This document shows positions 32,106 through 43,170 of a DNA stretch of 64,000 nucleotides, piece after piece. Made by a program: the position numbers and the translations under genes. The notes under the pieces were generated by a model. It saw only the letters and a list, made by a program, of their open reading frames with translations, did no database searches and was not told where the DNA came from. Each line of letters begins with the position of its first letter. Within the stretch, counting starts at the first letter, position 1. The DNA is from Planctomycetota bacterium. Lineage in GTDB: Bacteria > Planctomycetota > UBA1135 > UBA2386. The DNA lies in assembly GCA_046290465.1 (NCBI GenBank), contig JBKAGP010000001.1, positions 256,001 to 320,000 on the forward strand, given 5' to 3'.

Positions 32106-34708
32106 GCCAGGATCCGATGTTCCAGCCGCCGAACCCGGCGGACCTGCGGCGTCGTCCGCCGGCGACCCCGGCCTGCGCGCGGGTGCGGGGCATGCTGCGC
32201 GACTACGTCGACGGGGACCTCGGTCCCGGCAAGGCCGGCATCGTCGAGGACCACGTCTCGTCGTGCCGGGCATGCTCGGTCGAGCTGTCGCGGGCCGAGC
32301 ACGAGACCCTGCGTCTGCGCCAGGCGTTCGCCGAACAGGGCGCCGAGGAGCGCCCGCTGCGCGCCGACTTCGCCAGCCGCGTCGTCGAGCAGCTGGTGCT
32401 CACCGAGGGCATGTCGATGACCGAGCTGGGCACCGAATTGGGCCCGTCCGAATTGGTCGACGGCCGTGACGAGATGCGCGGGGACGGCGCCGACGGGAGC
32501 ACCTTCGACGACGGCAACCCCGACGACGGCAACCCCGACGACGGCGAGGGCAGCTTCCTGCGCCTCGGGCCGGTTGGCATGCTGGTTGCCGGTGCCGCGG
32601 TGCTGGCGCTGCTGGTCGCGTCCGTGCAGCTGTTCGGCACGCCGGACGTCGCGCCGAAGAGCGATGCGCGCCTGGTGGTGCTGTCCGCCGACGACACCTT
32701 CGATGCGTTCCGTCGCCGCCTGATGGCTGGCGACAGCCTCGGTGAGAACCAGATCCTCTGGGTCGGCCGCGGCGGCACCGCGCTGATCGACTGGCACGAT
32801 GCGTCGGAGCGGGCCCAGCCTGCGGCGACGCTCGAGGTGATCGACGGCGAACTGCGCCTGAGCGACGGTTCGCCGCTGCTCGACCACGGCAAGCTGTTGA
32901 TCGAGACCAACCGCGGCGTGTCGATCCCGATGGCCGACGGCAGCGTCGTCGACCTCGGCATCGGCGAGTATTCGATCACGGCGATCCCGTCGGACATGAT
33001 CGAGGACGCCGCGCACGAGCCGCTCGGTGCGGTCGAGCTGCCCGGCGAACTGCGCATCGAGGTCGAGACCCGCGACGGCCAGCCGGCGCAGATCGTTCGC
33101 GCCGACGCGCCGCCGGCGATCGTCGCGATCGGTCGCACCGGCGTCTGTAGCGGTTCGGGCAGCGTCGACGTCTCGTCGGGGCCGGTCGCCGACCTCGGCG
33201 GCACGGCGCCGCGCGTGCCGGTGACGCCGCCGGTGCAGGGCGCGCAGGGCGTGCTCGCCGGCTACGTCTTCGGCCCGGGTGGCCAGCCGAGCCACAACAC
33301 CGAAGTGCTGCTCGCCTATGCGAGCCAGTCGCAGCTGGTCCAGTCGATGGAGATCAGCCAGCAGGACGGCCGCTTCCTGATCGCGAACGGCGAGCGCTGC
33401 GAGAGCGACTTCGCGATCGTGATGGCCTTGCCGGCCTCGCAGCTCGGCATGGCCTTCGTGCCGCCGCACCCGGTGGCGCTGCAGTACCACAACGAGTTCG
33501 CCTACCTGAAGGAGCACGTCGTCGTGCAGCACACGATGGCGCTGCAGGGCATCGTGCGCGACAACGTCGGCCAGCTCCGGGTCGGTGCCAAGGTGCTGCC
33601 GTGCATCATCGACGAGTGGTTCGGCACCGTCATGATGCTGCCGAGCCACGCCACCACGACCAACGGCAACGCGGTGTTCGCGATCGACGAACTGCCGGCG
33701 AAGCTGCCGAGGCACCAGCACCTGGCGTTGATGATCTGGCAGAGCAGCCTGGAGCCGACGATCGTGCCGGTGCCCGAGCGCGGCGAAGCCACCGCGACGA
33801 CGCAGGTGCTGCCGATCACGGTGCAGCAGGTCCGTTCGATCCAGATGCACGAGCTGCCGGTCAGCGCCACGCTGACCGTGCTCGAAGAGGTGCCGGGCAT
33901 GCCGCTGTCGGCGGCGGCCTCGGTGCACGAGGTCACGTCGGATGCGCAGGGGCGCGTGCTCGGCACCCAGGTCGGTCGCGGTCGCCTGTGGCTGCTGTCG
34001 GGCTCGGCGCTGTTCCCGCGCGTGCAGCCGCTGGTGCTCGACCAGCTCAACGGCCTGCCGCGCTACCGCCCGGACGGTCCGCCGGTCGACATCCGGCGTC
34101 GCTTCCGCGTGCTGCACAACCTCGACGGCACCAACGTGCGGGTCGCCAACCACTACCGCTACGAGAACATCGAGGTCCAGCCGGTCGAGAACGTGGTGTC
34201 GAGCCAGGCGCTGCGCGTCACCGACGGGTTCAACCGCACGCTCGAGGGCTGCGAGGTGTTCGCGGTGTCCCAGTCGATCACGCGGTCGCTGCCGGACGCG
34301 CGCTTCCTCGGGCTGACCAACGCCGCGGGCGTGCTGTCGCTCGGCCGCGTCAAGGCGCACGAGGACGTGTTCGTGCTCGGCCCGGCGGGCGAGGTCGCGT
34401 GGATCGCGCGTCCGGGCAACCTCGGCGCGACGGTGTCGCTGGTGCTCAAGGAGCCGGGCCGCGTGCTCGTCGACGAGCAGCTGCGCCCGGACTCGGCCGA
34501 TCCGGTGCGTCGCCGCGCGCTGGTGTTCCGTCGCGACGCCAACGAGGTGCTCAGCGGCATGCGTCCGGTCGCGGTGCGCTTCGCCGGGGACGACAACGAC
34601 TGGGAGGTCGGCGGGATCCCGCCGGGGCACTACTGGGTCGAACTCGACCAGCAGGTGTTCGAGGTCGAGGTGCCGTCGAAGGGCTTCGTGCGGCTGCAGC
34701 CGGACTGA
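32102..34708 (+). CDS. Putative zinc-binding anti-sigma factor (zf-HC2) with TM helix and very large extracytoplasmic domain
   Basis: YVDGDL...HVSSCRAC (HxxxCxxC), a TM segment, then a beta-rich FecR-like/Ig-like region; ATGA overlap with the sigma gene. Confidence 0.78.
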   Translation: MSQDPMFQPPNPADLRRRPPATPACARVRGMLRDYVDGDLGPGKAGIVEDHVSSCRACSVELSRAEHETLRLRQAFAEQGAEERPLRADFASRVVEQLVLTEGMSMTELGTELGPSELVDGRDEMRGDGADGSTFDDGNPDDGNPDDGEGSFLRLGPVGMLVAGAAVLALLVASVQLFGTPDVAPKSDARLVVLSADDTFDAFRRRLMAGDSLGENQILWVGRGGTALIDWHDASERAQPAATLEVIDGELRLSDGSPLLDHGKLLIETNRGVSIPMADGSVVDLGIGEYSITAIPSDMIEDAAHEPLGAVELPGELRIEVETRDGQPAQIVRADAPPAIVAIGRTGVCSGSGSVDVSSGPVADLGGTAPRVPVTPPVQGAQGVLAGYVFGPGGQPSHNTEVLLAYASQSQLVQSMEISQQDGRFLIANGERCESDFAIVMALPASQLGMAFVPPHPVALQYHNEFAYLKEHVVVQHTMALQGIVRDNVGQLRVGAKVLPCIIDEWFGTVMMLPSHATTTNGNAVFAIDELPAKLPRHQHLALMIWQSSLEPTIVPVPERGEATATTQVLPITVQQVRSIQMHELPVSATLTVLEEVPGMPLSAAASVHEVTSDAQGRVLGTQVGRGRLWLLSGSALFPRVQPLVLDQLNGLPRYRPDGPPVDIRRRFRVLHNLDGTNVRVANHYRYENIEVQPVENVVSSQALRVTDGFNRTLEGCEVFAVSQSITRSLPDARFLGLTNAAGVLSLGRVKAHEDVFVLGPAGEVAWIARPGNLGATVSLVLKEPGRVLVDEQLRPDSADPVRRRALVFRRDANEVLSGMRPVAVRFAGDDNDWEVGGIPPGHYWVELDQQVFEVEVPSKGFVRLQPD

Positions 34709-34859
34709 GCCGCGGCCCGACCCCAGCTGACGGAAGCATCGTCGACGCCCGCATCGTCGACAGGCGCATCGTGACGGGCGCGCCGCCGACCGCCGCGCCG
34801 CCGCCGGAACCGCCGGCGCCCGGGTGGACACCCGGCACCGGGCGCCTAAGCTCCGCCGC

Positions 34860-37412
34860 ATGCGAGCCCTCGCGTCCGTCTCCCTCCTCGCGCTCGTCGC
34901 CGGTGACCTGTGCGCCCAGCGCGGCGACCGGCCCGGTGAGAAGCAGGTGATGCTGCCCGATTCGGTGGACGTGCCGCCGGCGATCGTGCGCACGCCGGCG
35001 GAGGAGCGCGCGACGTTCCACCTGCCGAAGGGCTACGAGGTGCAGCTGTTCGCCAGCGAGCCGATGGTCCAGGATCCGGTGCTCGCGACCTGGGACGGAG
35101 ACGGCCGCATGTGGGTGTGCGAGTTCACCAGCTACATGAAGGACATCGTCGCCACCGACGAGGCCGAGCCGAGCGGCCGAATCGTGGTGCTGCACGACGA
35201 CGACGGCGACGGCGCGGCGGACCGTTGGACCGTGTTCGCCAAGGACCTGGTGCTGCCGCGCGCGGTGCTGCCGATGCGCGGCGGCGCGCTGGTGATCACC
35301 CCGCCCAACCTCGTCTGGATGCCGGACGCCGATGGCGACCTGGTCGCCGACGGACCGCAGCAGGTGATCATGGGCGGCTTCGAGGCCGGCACCGGCAACC
35401 CCGAGCACTCGGGCAACGGCCTGACCTGGGAACTCGACCACCGCATCCACCTGTGCAACGACAAGCGGCTGCTGCGCTGGACCGGCGTCGGCACGTTCGA
35501 GCTCGAACGCGGCAACGGCGGTGGCCAGTGGGGCCTCGCGATGGACGATCGCGGCCGCTTCTACTTCAACTACAACTCCGACTGGCTGCGCGTCGACCTG
35601 GTGCCGAACCACTACGGCGCACCCGCGGCCGACCTCGGTGGCCTGCCGGGCCTCAACCACCGGGCGGTCTCCGACCAGAGCACCTGGCCCGCGCGCATCA
35701 CGCCCGGCGTCAACCGCGGCTACCGCAAGGGCGTGCTGCGCGACTACAAGCTCGCGCGAACGACCGGCGTGTGCTCGCCGTGTGCCTACCGCGGCACGCT
35801 GCTGCCGTGCGACGGCGACGTGTTCGTCTGCGAACCGTGCGGCAACCTGGTGCGCCGGTTCGTGATGCGCGACGGGGACGCGCGCATGGGCGGCGACAAC
35901 GCCTATGCGGCGGTGCAGGACGAGTTCCTGACCTCGACCGACGAGCGCTTCCGGCCGGTCGGCCTGAGCAACGGCCCCGACGGTGCGCTGTACGTCGTCG
36001 ACATGTACCGCGGTGTCATCCAGCACCGCAACTACGTGACGTCGTTCCTGCGCCACCAGGTCGAGAAGCGCGGCCTCGAGGACCCGATCCACAAGGGCCG
36101 CATCTGGCGCATCGTCCCCAAGGTCGGGCGCGAGGTCGCCGCCGCGCCGAAGCTGTCGCAGGCGGAGCCCGCCGCGGTCGCGGCGGCGCTGGCGCACGAC
36201 AGCGGCACGGTGCGCGATCAGGCGCTGCAGCACCTGGTGCAGCACGACTTGCAGGCGGCGCTGCCGACGGTGCGGTCGCTGCTGACGCACGAACGCGCCG
36301 CCGTGCGCATCGCGGCGCTGTCGGCCGTACAGGGGCTCGGGGCGTGGACCGATTCGGAGGTGCGGCGGTTCGTGCGCGACCCGGACGCGGGCGTGCGCTG
36401 CTTTACGTGGCAGCACGCCGGCTCGGCGCTGGCGCGCCACGACAACCACGTCTGGACCGCGGTCGAGCAGCTCGATGCCGGCACCGCAGCCAATGTGCGC
36501 TGGCACGCAGCGCTGGCGGTCGGCGACGCCCTGCGCCACGACGACCTCGACCCCGAACGCGCCGAGCCGCGCGCGTTGCGGCGGCTGTCGCGGTTCGTGC
36601 TCGACGACCCCGGGGACGCCGTGCTGCGCGGCTGCGTCGCGACCGCGGCGCACCCGCACCTCGGCGACGTGCTCGCCGCGCTCGCGGCTGCGGACGCCAG
36701 CAACAAGGAGCTGCGCGCGGCGATCGTCGACCTGTCCCGGCGGGCCATGCGCAGCCGCGATCGCGACACCCAGCGGCACGTGCTGGCCGTGGCCGGCGAG
36801 GTCGCCACCGACAACGCCCGCGGTGCGCTGCTGCAGGGCTTCGCCGCGGCGCTGCCGAAGGGCAACCATCGCGTCGGCTGGCTCGACCTCGGCGAGGCGC
36901 CGAGTCAGCTGGCGGCGCTCGGCACCAGCGCCGACCAGCGCATCCGCCGCCACGCCCAGGCGCTGCTCGGCGCGGTGCGCGTCGGCGGGGCCGCCGCGCC
37001 CGGTGCCGTCACCAGCCTGACCGACGCCGAGAAGGCGATGGTGCAGAAGGGCTCGGTCGTGTTCCGCGGCGCGTGCGCGGCTTGCCACCAGCTCGACGGC
37101 TCCGGCCAGCAGGGGCTGGCGCCGCCGCTGCGCGACTCCGAGTGGGTCACCGGGCCGTCCGAGCGGCTGGTCCGGATCGCGCTGCACGGCGTTCGCGGCC
37201 CGATCGAGGTCGACGGCACCAGGTGGGACCTCGAGATGCCGGGCCAGGGCCACCTGAGCGACCAGGAACTGGCGCAGGTGCTCAGCTACCTGCGTCGCGC
37301 GTTCGGCCACCAGGCCTCGTGCATCTCGCCCAAGCAGGTCCAGCAGGAGCGCCGGCGGACCAACAAGCGGGCCTCGGCCTGGACGGCGGCGGAACTGCTC
37401 GGCAAGAAGTAG
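34860..37412 (+). CDS. PVC-type membrane-bound dehydrogenase/heme-binding protein (beta-propeller, HEAT repeats, cytochrome c)
   Basis: [39 protein letters not shown] and GRIWRI motifs; C-terminal CAACH and APPL...EWV. Confidence 0.9.
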   Translation: MRALASVSLLALVAGDLCAQRGDRPGEKQVMLPDSVDVPPAIVRTPAEERATFHLPKGYEVQLFASEPMVQDPVLATWDGDGRMWVCEFTSYMKDIVATDEAEPSGRIVVLHDDDGDGAADRWTVFAKDLVLPRAVLPMRGGALVITPPNLVWMPDADGDLVADGPQQVIMGGFEAGTGNPEHSGNGLTWELDHRIHLCNDKRLLRWTGVGTFELERGNGGGQWGLAMDDRGRFYFNYNSDWLRVDLVPNHYGAPAADLGGLPGLNHRAVSDQSTWPARITPGVNRGYRKGVLRDYKLARTTGVCSPCAYRGTLLPCDGDVFVCEPCGNLVRRFVMRDGDARMGGDNAYAAVQDEFLTSTDERFRPVGLSNGPDGALYVVDMYRGVIQHRNYVTSFLRHQVEKRGLEDPIHKGRIWRIVPKVGREVAAAPKLSQAEPAAVAAALAHDSGTVRDQALQHLVQHDLQAALPTVRSLLTHERAAVRIAALSAVQGLGAWTDSEVRRFVRDPDAGVRCFTWQHAGSALARHDNHVWTAVEQLDAGTAANVRWHAALAVGDALRHDDLDPERAEPRALRRLSRFVLDDPGDAVLRGCVATAAHPHLGDVLAALAAADASNKELRAAIVDLSRRAMRSRDRDTQRHVLAVAGEVATDNARGALLQGFAAALPKGNHRVGWLDLGEAPSQLAALGTSADQRIRRHAQALLGAVRVGGAAAPGAVTSLTDAEKAMVQKGSVVFRGACAACHQLDGSGQQGLAPPLRDSEWVTGPSERLVRIALHGVRGPIEVDGTRWDLEMPGQGHLSDQELAQVLSYLRRAFGHQASCISPKQVQQERRRTNKRASAWTAAELLGKK

Positions 37413-37434
37413 CCGGCGCGCTACCGTGCCGGGC

Positions 37435-38613
37435 ATGACCTCGTTCGATCCCGTCAAGGAAGACCGCTTCACGTTCGGCCTGTGGACCGTCGGCAACCCC
37501 GGCCGCGATCCGTTCGGCGAGCCGGTGCGGCCGCGCATCGACCCCAACGCCATCGTGCGCGGCCTGGCCGAGTGCGGCGCCTACGGCGTCAACCTGCACG
37601 ACAACGACCTGGTGCCGTTCGGCGCGTCGGCGAGCGAGCACGACCGGATCGTCAACGAGTTCAAGGCGGCCCTCGCGGACACCGGCATGAAGGTGCCGAT
37701 GGCGACGACCAACCTGTTCTCGCACCCGGTGTTCAAGGACGGCGCGTTCACGTCGAACGACCCGAAGGTGCGCGCGTTCGCGCTGGCCAAGACGATGCGT
37801 GCGATGGACCTCGGCGCCGACCTCGGCGCGAAGATCTTCGTGTTCTGGGGCGGCCGCGAAGGGGTCGAGGCCGACGCCTGCCGCGACCCGCGCGACGCAT
37901 GGAACCGGATGCGCGACGCGATGGACTTCTTGTGCGAGTACTCGAAGGAGCAGGACTACGGCATGAAGTTCGCGCTCGAGGCCAAGCCCAACGAGCCGCG
38001 CGGCGACCTCTACCTGCCGACCACCGGCCACATGCTGCACTTCATCTCGACGCTGCAGAACGAGGAGATGGTCGGCGTCAATCCCGAGGTCGCGCACGAG
38101 GTGATGGCCGGCCTGTCGTTCGCGCACAACGTCGCCGAGGCGCTGGCCTGCGACAAGCTGTTCCACATCGACCTCAACGGCCAGAAGATCGGCCGCTACG
38201 ACCAGGACCTGCGCTTTGGCAGCGAGGACCAGAAGGGCGCGTTCCTGCTGGTGCGCCTGCTCGAGGGCACGCTGGGTGGCGCGCCGTACACCGGCCCGCT
38301 GCACTTCGACGCGCACGCCTACCGCAGCGAGGACCAGGACGGTGTCTGGGAGTTCGCGCGCGGCTGCATGCGTACCTACAAGATCCTCAAGCACAAGGCG
38401 GAGGCGTTCGACGCCGACCCGGAGGTCAAGGAGATCATCGCCGAGCAGAAGGACGGCGCGATCGATCCGCTGCTGACCGGCGGCTACAGCAAGGACAAGG
38501 CGGCGGCCCTGAAGGCGCTCGACATCGACGCCGACGAGGTCAGCAAGCGCGGCCTCCGCTACGAACGCCTCGACCAGCTGCTGGTCGAGCACCTGCTCGG
38601 CGTGCGCGGCTGA
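37435..38613 (+). CDS. xylA: Xylose isomerase (class I, short type)
   Basis: [44 protein letters not shown] and YDQDLRFG motifs. Confidence 0.96.
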   Translation: MTSFDPVKEDRFTFGLWTVGNPGRDPFGEPVRPRIDPNAIVRGLAECGAYGVNLHDNDLVPFGASASEHDRIVNEFKAALADTGMKVPMATTNLFSHPVFKDGAFTSNDPKVRAFALAKTMRAMDLGADLGAKIFVFWGGREGVEADACRDPRDAWNRMRDAMDFLCEYSKEQDYGMKFALEAKPNEPRGDLYLPTTGHMLHFISTLQNEEMVGVNPEVAHEVMAGLSFAHNVAEALACDKLFHIDLNGQKIGRYDQDLRFGSEDQKGAFLLVRLLEGTLGGAPYTGPLHFDAHAYRSEDQDGVWEFARGCMRTYKILKHKAEAFDADPEVKEIIAEQKDGAIDPLLTGGYSKDKAAALKALDIDADEVSKRGLRYERLDQLLVEHLLGVRG

Positions 38614-38624
38614 TCGAGAACGGC

Positions 38625-40079
38625 ATGAGCAGGTCCCTGTATCTCGGCTTCGACGTCGGCACCCAGAGCGTCAAGGCGCTGGTCGTCGACGCGGAGCGCC
38701 AGCAGGTCGTCGCGCGCCGGAGCCAGGCGCTGGCGTTGATCGACGGGCTCGGCGACGGCCACATGGAGCAGCACCCGCGCGACTGGATCGACGCGGTGGT
38801 CGCGACCGGTCGGGCGGTGCTCGGTGACGTCGATGCGTCGCGTATCGCGGCGATCGGCGTGTCCGGACAACAGCACGGCTGCGTCGTGCTGGACGCGGAC
38901 GACCGGGTCGTGCGGCCGGCCAAGCTCTGGTGCGACACGGCGACCGCGGACGAAGCCCGGCAGCTCGGCGAGGCGCTCGGTCGCGCGGTGCCGACCGGCT
39001 TCACCGCCAGCAAGCTGTCGTGGCTGAAGCGGCACGAGCCGGACAACTGGCGCCGCGTCCGTCGCGTGCTGCTGCCGCACGACTACGTCAACTTCTGGCT
39101 GACCGGTCGGTTCGTGATGGAGTGCGGCGACGCGTCGGGCAGCGGCTGGTTCGACCCCGCGGCGCGCGCGTTCGACGCCAGGGCGATGTCGGCGATCGAC
39201 CCTTCGCTCGCGCAGATGATGCCCGAACTGGTCGATGCGCACGCGCTGGTCGGTGAGGTGCAGGCCTCGGCCCAGGACGCGCTCGGCCTGCCGGCAGGCG
39301 TGCAGGTGGCGGCCGGCGGCGGCGACAACATGATGTCGGCGATCGGCAGCGGCGCGACCCGCGACGGCGTCGTCGTCGTCAGCCTAGGCACCTCGGGCAC
39401 GATCTTCACGCGCACGGGCCACGCCGTCGTCGATCCCGACGGGCTGATCGCGCCGTTCTGCAGCAGCGACGGCGGCTGGATGCCGCTGCTGTGCGTGATG
39501 AACCTGACCGGCGTCAGCGAAGAGGTGAAGGCGCTGACCGGCATGGAGCACGACCGCCTGACCGCCGCCGCGGCGCAGGTCGCGCCCGGCTGCGACGGGA
39601 TCACGTGGCTGCCGTTCTTGATGGGGGAGCGCGTGCCCGACCTGCCGAACGCCACCGGCACCCTGCTCGGCATGCGGCCCGGCACGCTGCGGCCGGGCCA
39701 TCTCTACCGCGCCGCGCTCGAAGGCACCTCGCTCAACCTCGGCCTCGGCTTCGAACGGCTGCAGGCGCTCGGCGTGCAGGTCGACGAGGTGCGGTTGACC
39801 GGCGGCGCCGCCAACAACGGCCTGTGGCGCCAGATCCTGGCCAACGTGTTCGGCGCGACGGTGCGGGTGCTGGTCGAGACCGAGTCCGCCGCGCTCGGCG
39901 GGGCGCTGCAGGCGCTGTGGGCGGTTCGGCGCCGCGACGGCGACGACGTGTCGTCGGACGACGTGGCGCGGCCGTTCGTGCGGCTCGGCGAGGCGACTGA
40001 GCCGGACGGCGATGCGGCGACCTACCGCGCGCTGCTGGCCGACTACCGCGCTGCCGTCGCGCGGATCTACGGCGCCTGA
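38625..40079 (+). CDS. xylB: Xylulokinase
   Basis: GFDVGTQSVK, SGQQHG, LWCD, GGGDN, SLGTSGT and GERVP motifs; directly after xylA. Confidence 0.94.
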   Translation: MSRSLYLGFDVGTQSVKALVVDAERQQVVARRSQALALIDGLGDGHMEQHPRDWIDAVVATGRAVLGDVDASRIAAIGVSGQQHGCVVLDADDRVVRPAKLWCDTATADEARQLGEALGRAVPTGFTASKLSWLKRHEPDNWRRVRRVLLPHDYVNFWLTGRFVMECGDASGSGWFDPAARAFDARAMSAIDPSLAQMMPELVDAHALVGEVQASAQDALGLPAGVQVAAGGGDNMMSAIGSGATRDGVVVVSLGTSGTIFTRTGHAVVDPDGLIAPFCSSDGGWMPLLCVMNLTGVSEEVKALTGMEHDRLTAAAAQVAPGCDGITWLPFLMGERVPDLPNATGTLLGMRPGTLRPGHLYRAALEGTSLNLGLGFERLQALGVQVDEVRLTGGAANNGLWRQILANVFGATVRVLVETESAALGGALQALWAVRRRDGDDVSSDDVARPFVRLGEATEPDGDAATYRALLADYRAAVARIYGA

Positions 40080-40086
40080 GCGGCGC

Positions 40087-41100
40087 TCAGTTCCAGTCCG
40101 CGAACAGCAGCAGCACGCGACTCGGCACGAACAGCAGGCCGTCGACGAACACGGCGACCGGCGTCAACGCGACCTGGCCGAGACGCTTGCCGACGCCGAC
40201 CTCGGGGGTGCGGTAGTGACGGCGCGATTCGTGCACGCGTGCTGGAACCGCGGGCAGGTCGGCGAGCGCGTCCGGGTCGGCGAAGGCCGCCTGGTCGGCC
40301 GCGGCAGGGTGCTCGACGAAGTTGGTGCGGAAGCTGGCGTGGCCGCGGCGCCAGTCCGTCATGCCGACGAGCCACAGGTCGGTCGGCGTCGTGCGCACGT
40401 AGTCGGTGCGGTCGCCGTCGACGACGCGCAGGTAGACGGTCCACGGCGCGTAGATCTCGGTCCTGGCCGTGAACGGCACGTTTTGGCCGCGCCGGTCGGG
40501 CGAACGGTCCTGCGGGGCGGGGTCGCCGTCCTCGTCCACGATCACGAACGACGCGACCCGCGCGTCGGCAGTGCTGTGCTCCGTCCAGGCGTCGCCCGGC
40601 ATGCTGGCCACGAGCGGGCCCAGCTGCCACAGGGCCAGCTCCAGGCCGTGGTGCTGTGCGCCGTCCTGCTGCAGCGCACGCAGCGCCTGCGGCGGCACGT
40701 CCTTGGCTTGCAGCACCGTGCGCCATCCCGGCAGCCAGCGCCCCTCGATGCTGATCCGGCCGCGGTAGCGCGGGGCGCCGTCGTCGATCTGCGTCGTGCT
40801 CAGCCAGACCTCGGTCGACGTCGCCTCGAAGGACCGGTCGCGCTGCAGCAGCGCGACCGCCTCCTCGCCGTAGATCAGGTGCGGGTGGCATCGGACCGCG
40901 CGATCGCCGGTGAGGTAGACGAACGTGCCGTCGGCGTCGGGGTGCACCTGCGCCTGCACGTGGATGTCGTCCTTGTCGGCGAGTTCGTAGCGGCCCTCGT
41001 CCAGCTCCCAGAGCTTGGACGTGGCGCAGCCGGGGCCGGTGGCGATGCCGAGCAGCAGCGTCGCGGTGATCGAGATGGTCGCGGTGCGTCGAGCCTTCAT
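40087..41100 (-). CDS. Hypothetical lipoprotein
   Basis: MKARR, a hydrophobic stretch and GPGC lipobox; C-terminal LTPVAVFVDG hydrophobic segment; coding-type codon bias. Confidence 0.65.
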   Translation of the reverse strand: MKARRTATISITATLLLGIATGPGCATSKLWELDEGRYELADKDDIHVQAQVHPDADGTFVYLTGDRAVRCHPHLIYGEEAVALLQRDRSFEATSTEVWLSTTQIDDGAPRYRGRISIEGRWLPGWRTVLQAKDVPPQALRALQQDGAQHHGLELALWQLGPLVASMPGDAWTEHSTADARVASFVIVDEDGDPAPQDRSPDRRGQNVPFTARTEIYAPWTVYLRVVDGDRTDYVRTTPTDLWLVGMTDWRRGHASFRTNFVEHPAAADQAAFADPDALADLPAVPARVHESRRHYRTPEVGVGKRLGQVALTPVAVFVDGLLFVPSRVLLLFADWN

Positions 41101-41390
41101 GCCGTGCATCATCGTCGGGCGGGCTCGCCATGTGCAGGCAATGAGAGATGGTGTGTCGTTAAGCGGTGCGAATCGACGGGCGGGCCTGCTCGGCGGCGCG
41201 GTCACCTCGACGCAGATCTGGTCGCCCGTAGCACCGGTGCTCGGCGGCAACCTGACGTTCGCGTTCCAGCTGCAGTGAGCTTGGGTAGCCGTTCGCGGGC
41301 GCGCCGAAGTTCGGGGTCTCCGTCGCCTGCACGTCGACTATGTTGCTGGCCTGCAATCCCCGAGTCGACGGCAACGCACGAGGCATGGTC

Positions 41391-42050
41391 ATGGTGGAGC
41401 TGGACAGAACCGAAGCACGGATCGTCGGAGTCCTGATCGAGAAGCAGCGCACGGTCCCGGACAGCTACCCGATGACCGAGAACGCGCTGGTCCACGGCTG
41501 CAACCAGAAGAGCAACCGGGATCCGGTGATGGACCTGCAGCAGTTCGAGGTGGCCGGCGCGTGCATGGCGCTGCACCAGCGCGAGGTGATCGCGCGGGTG
41601 GAGGGCGGCGGGCGCGCGGCGAAGTTCCGCCACAAGCTCGACGAGCTGTTGCACGTCGGCGACGACGCGCTCGCGGTGCTGTGCGAACTGCTGGTTCGCG
41701 GCCCCCAGGCGCCCGGCGCGCTCAAGCCGCGGGTCGCACGGATGGGGTTCCACGGCTCGCCGGCGCAGATCGAAGACGTGCTGCGCAGCCTGGCCGAACG
41801 TTCGCCGCCGCTGGTCGAGCTACAGCCGAAGCGCCCGCGAGAACGCGACCAGCGCTGGGCGCACCTGCTCGGCCCCGGCAACGTCGCCCTCGCACCGGAG
41901 GTTGGCGATGCGAGTGAGCCGAAAGACCAACCAACGGCGCACGCACCCGCCCCGAGCCTGCCGACCACGACCGACGACACCGTCGCCGAACGCCTGGCCG
42001 CCCTCGAAGCGCGCGTCGACGAACTCGAGCGCCGCCTCGAAGGCCTCTAG
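41391..42050 (+). CDS. DUF480/YceH family protein
   Basis: EARIVGVLIEKQRTVPDSYPMT..ACNQKSNRDPVM-like motif, LLVRGPQ..G, RWAHLL; C-terminal coiled coil. Confidence 0.9.
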   Translation: MVELDRTEARIVGVLIEKQRTVPDSYPMTENALVHGCNQKSNRDPVMDLQQFEVAGACMALHQREVIARVEGGGRAAKFRHKLDELLHVGDDALAVLCELLVRGPQAPGALKPRVARMGFHGSPAQIEDVLRSLAERSPPLVELQPKRPRERDQRWAHLLGPGNVALAPEVGDASEPKDQPTAHAPAPSLPTTTDDTVAERLAALEARVDELERRLEGL

Positions 42051-42064
42051 CCACCGGCACCGTT

Positions 42065-42178
42065 CCCCAACTGCCCCAACATGAACCCGGTTCGGTATGC
42101 GGCCCCAAACGCCGCATACTGAACCGGGTTCATGTTGGGGCGGTTGGGGGCGCAGGTGGAACGCGGTTCGGTATGGGG
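42065..42178. repeat. Long inverted repeat with two REP-like units plus a degenerate third, between convergent genes
   Basis: 39-bp arms 42065-42103 / 42111-42149 contain TGAACCCGGTTC(G/A)GTATGCGG; extra copy GGAACGCGGTTCGGTATGGGG at 42158. Confidence 0.88.
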
Positions 42179-42181
42179 TGG

Positions 42182-43126
42182 TCAGCGGGGGTGGCGCAGG
42201 TTGGTGGCCTGGGTCTGGCACCAGGTGGCGTCGCGCCGGCCGTTGGCGATCACGTAGAACTGGTCCAGCAGCAGCGGCTCGTCCTTGCGGATCTTGACGG
42301 TGCGGGTGGCGCCGAAGCGGCCGTAGTCGCGCGTCGACCAGGTGGTCTTGCCGCGGTTGGTGGGGCCCTCGACGCGCAGGATCGTAAACGTGCGGTCGCC
42401 GTGGTCCTGGATCGCGGCGATCCAGTCGCACCCGGTCCAGACGTCGTTGCCGTGGTGCTCGGCGGACTTCGGTCGCACGTAGGTGACCTTGGTCGCACCG
42501 TCCGGCGCGAACGCCTGCGGCGAACGGAACTGCTGGCCGGCGTGCTGCGGGTCGCCGCCGAGCGTCACCTCGTGGCTCGCGGCGCGCAGTTCGTTGCGCA
42601 GGTGCAGCGTGTAGGAGTCCTCGTTCTGGGCCAGCATCTGCAGGCCGCGTCGTTCGATGACCACCGGCTCGCCCTCCGGCGTCACCCAGTGCACCTCGCA
42701 GACCTGCGCGCCGTCGGCCATGCCGAGCTGGTCCGGCGCGACGAACCGCTCGAACACCTGCAGCTCCTGCTTCGGCATGTGCCAGAAGTCGAACCTGCGG
42801 CCGTTCCAGCGGGTCTGGTTCCAGCCGACGAACAGCCCCTTGTGGTGCTGGAACCGGCCGCCGTTGCCCTTGGTCAGCAACGTGCCGTCCAGGGCGCGCA
42901 CGTGGTGGAACACCTTGCAGGTGTCGTGGTGGTGCTTGGGGTCGTGCTTGCGCCGGAACAGCGTCGTCGCCGGCTTGCCGTCGGCGAACGTCAGGTCCGC
43001 GCCCGGCTTCGGCTTCGGCTGCTGCTGCGATGGCTTCGGCTGCGCAGGCCGCGGTGCGGCCTCCTGCGCGACCACTGCGACGGACAGCAGCGCGACGAAC
43101 GAGAACGACGAGAGGGGGCGTGCCAC
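42182..43126 (-). CDS. Secreted DUF6807 (so-called PmoA-family) protein
   Basis: Signal peptide ending VVA-Q; HHKGLFVGW, DFWH and WSTRDYG motifs; TACCAT 6 nt before GTG 43126. Confidence 0.7.
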   Translation of the reverse strand: MARPLSSFSFVALLSVAVVAQEAAPRPAQPKPSQQQPKPKPGADLTFADGKPATTLFRRKHDPKHHHDTCKVFHHVRALDGTLLTKGNGGRFQHHKGLFVGWNQTRWNGRRFDFWHMPKQELQVFERFVAPDQLGMADGAQVCEVHWVTPEGEPVVIERRGLQMLAQNEDSYTLHLRNELRAASHEVTLGGDPQHAGQQFRSPQAFAPDGATKVTYVRPKSAEHHGNDVWTGCDWIAAIQDHGDRTFTILRVEGPTNRGKTTWSTRDYGRFGATRTVKIRKDEPLLLDQFYVIANGRRDATWCQTQATNLRHPR

Positions 43127-43170
43127 CAACGCATGGTAGCACCGCGCGCAGCCACCTCTACGCTCTCGGC

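Noticed and set aside
42182..43126. Methane monooxygenase subunit PmoA
   Set aside because: This is a soluble secreted protein of the DUF6807-like family. It lacks the multi-TM layout of true PmoA, and pmoB/pmoC are absent.
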